64,000 bases of DNA, taken from Camelus dromedarius. Lineage: Eukaryota. Both the position numbers and the translations under genes were made by a program. Positions 63,851 through 64,000 of the stretch are shown here, piece after piece (position 1 is the stretch's first letter; each line of letters begins with the position of its first letter). The DNA lies in the NCBI RefSeq assembly GCF_036321535.1, contig NC_087443.1:80848001-80912000 (forward strand), written 5' to 3'. Under the pieces are notes generated by a model. The model was not told where the DNA came from, made no database searches, and saw only the letters and a program-made list of their open reading frames with translations.

Positions 63851-64000
63851 GAACTGTGGGGGTTTGTGGAGGTCCTACCGAGTGCTACTCTAGCCCTTGT
63901 CTGGGATCATGTGCCGCTGAGCCATCACTGTAAACCTCCTTGGTAGAGCTAGTTTTTTCCTACTTGGTTTCACACGTCAGAACTTTAAAAAATTTTTGCT

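Larger units (their letters stand above)
24564..64000 (+). other. MGMT: MGMT intron 2 (5' part)
   Basis: No MGMT exon 3-like coding sequence recognised downstream of exon 2. Human intron 2 is well over 100 kb. Confidence 0.75.

Overview
Mammalian genomic DNA, GC-rich over most of the window and AT-rich from about 56.7 kb to the end, with five short N gaps. The only coding sequence I can support is the first coding exon (exon 2) of MGMT, O6-methylguanine-DNA methyltransferase, on the + strand: exon 24427-24563, CDS 24439-24563. By analogy with the human gene, the rest of the window is MGMT intron 1 (upstream) and intron 2 (downstream). It is filled with L1, L2, MIR, MaLR-like and MER58-like relics, and most L1 fragments lie antisense to MGMT. 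The younger L1 3' ends resemble camelid-type elements; this and all repeat family names are from recall, not a database search. The long ORFs in the track look like chance GC-rich ORFs or L1 ORF2 remnants. I cannot demonstrate a new biological system. The best unexplained structures, all in intron 2, are: (1) a 127-bp, 94.5%-identical inverted repeat around a 731-bp spacer (54831-55815); (2) an 81-bp direct duplication 2573 bp apart whose homology brackets an AG...GT 62-nt exon-like unit in both copies (42334-42414 and 44907-44987); (3) an intragenic CpG island with (CTGGG)8 just downstream of the second copy; (4) a perfect inverted pair of octamer motifs at 39897-39922.
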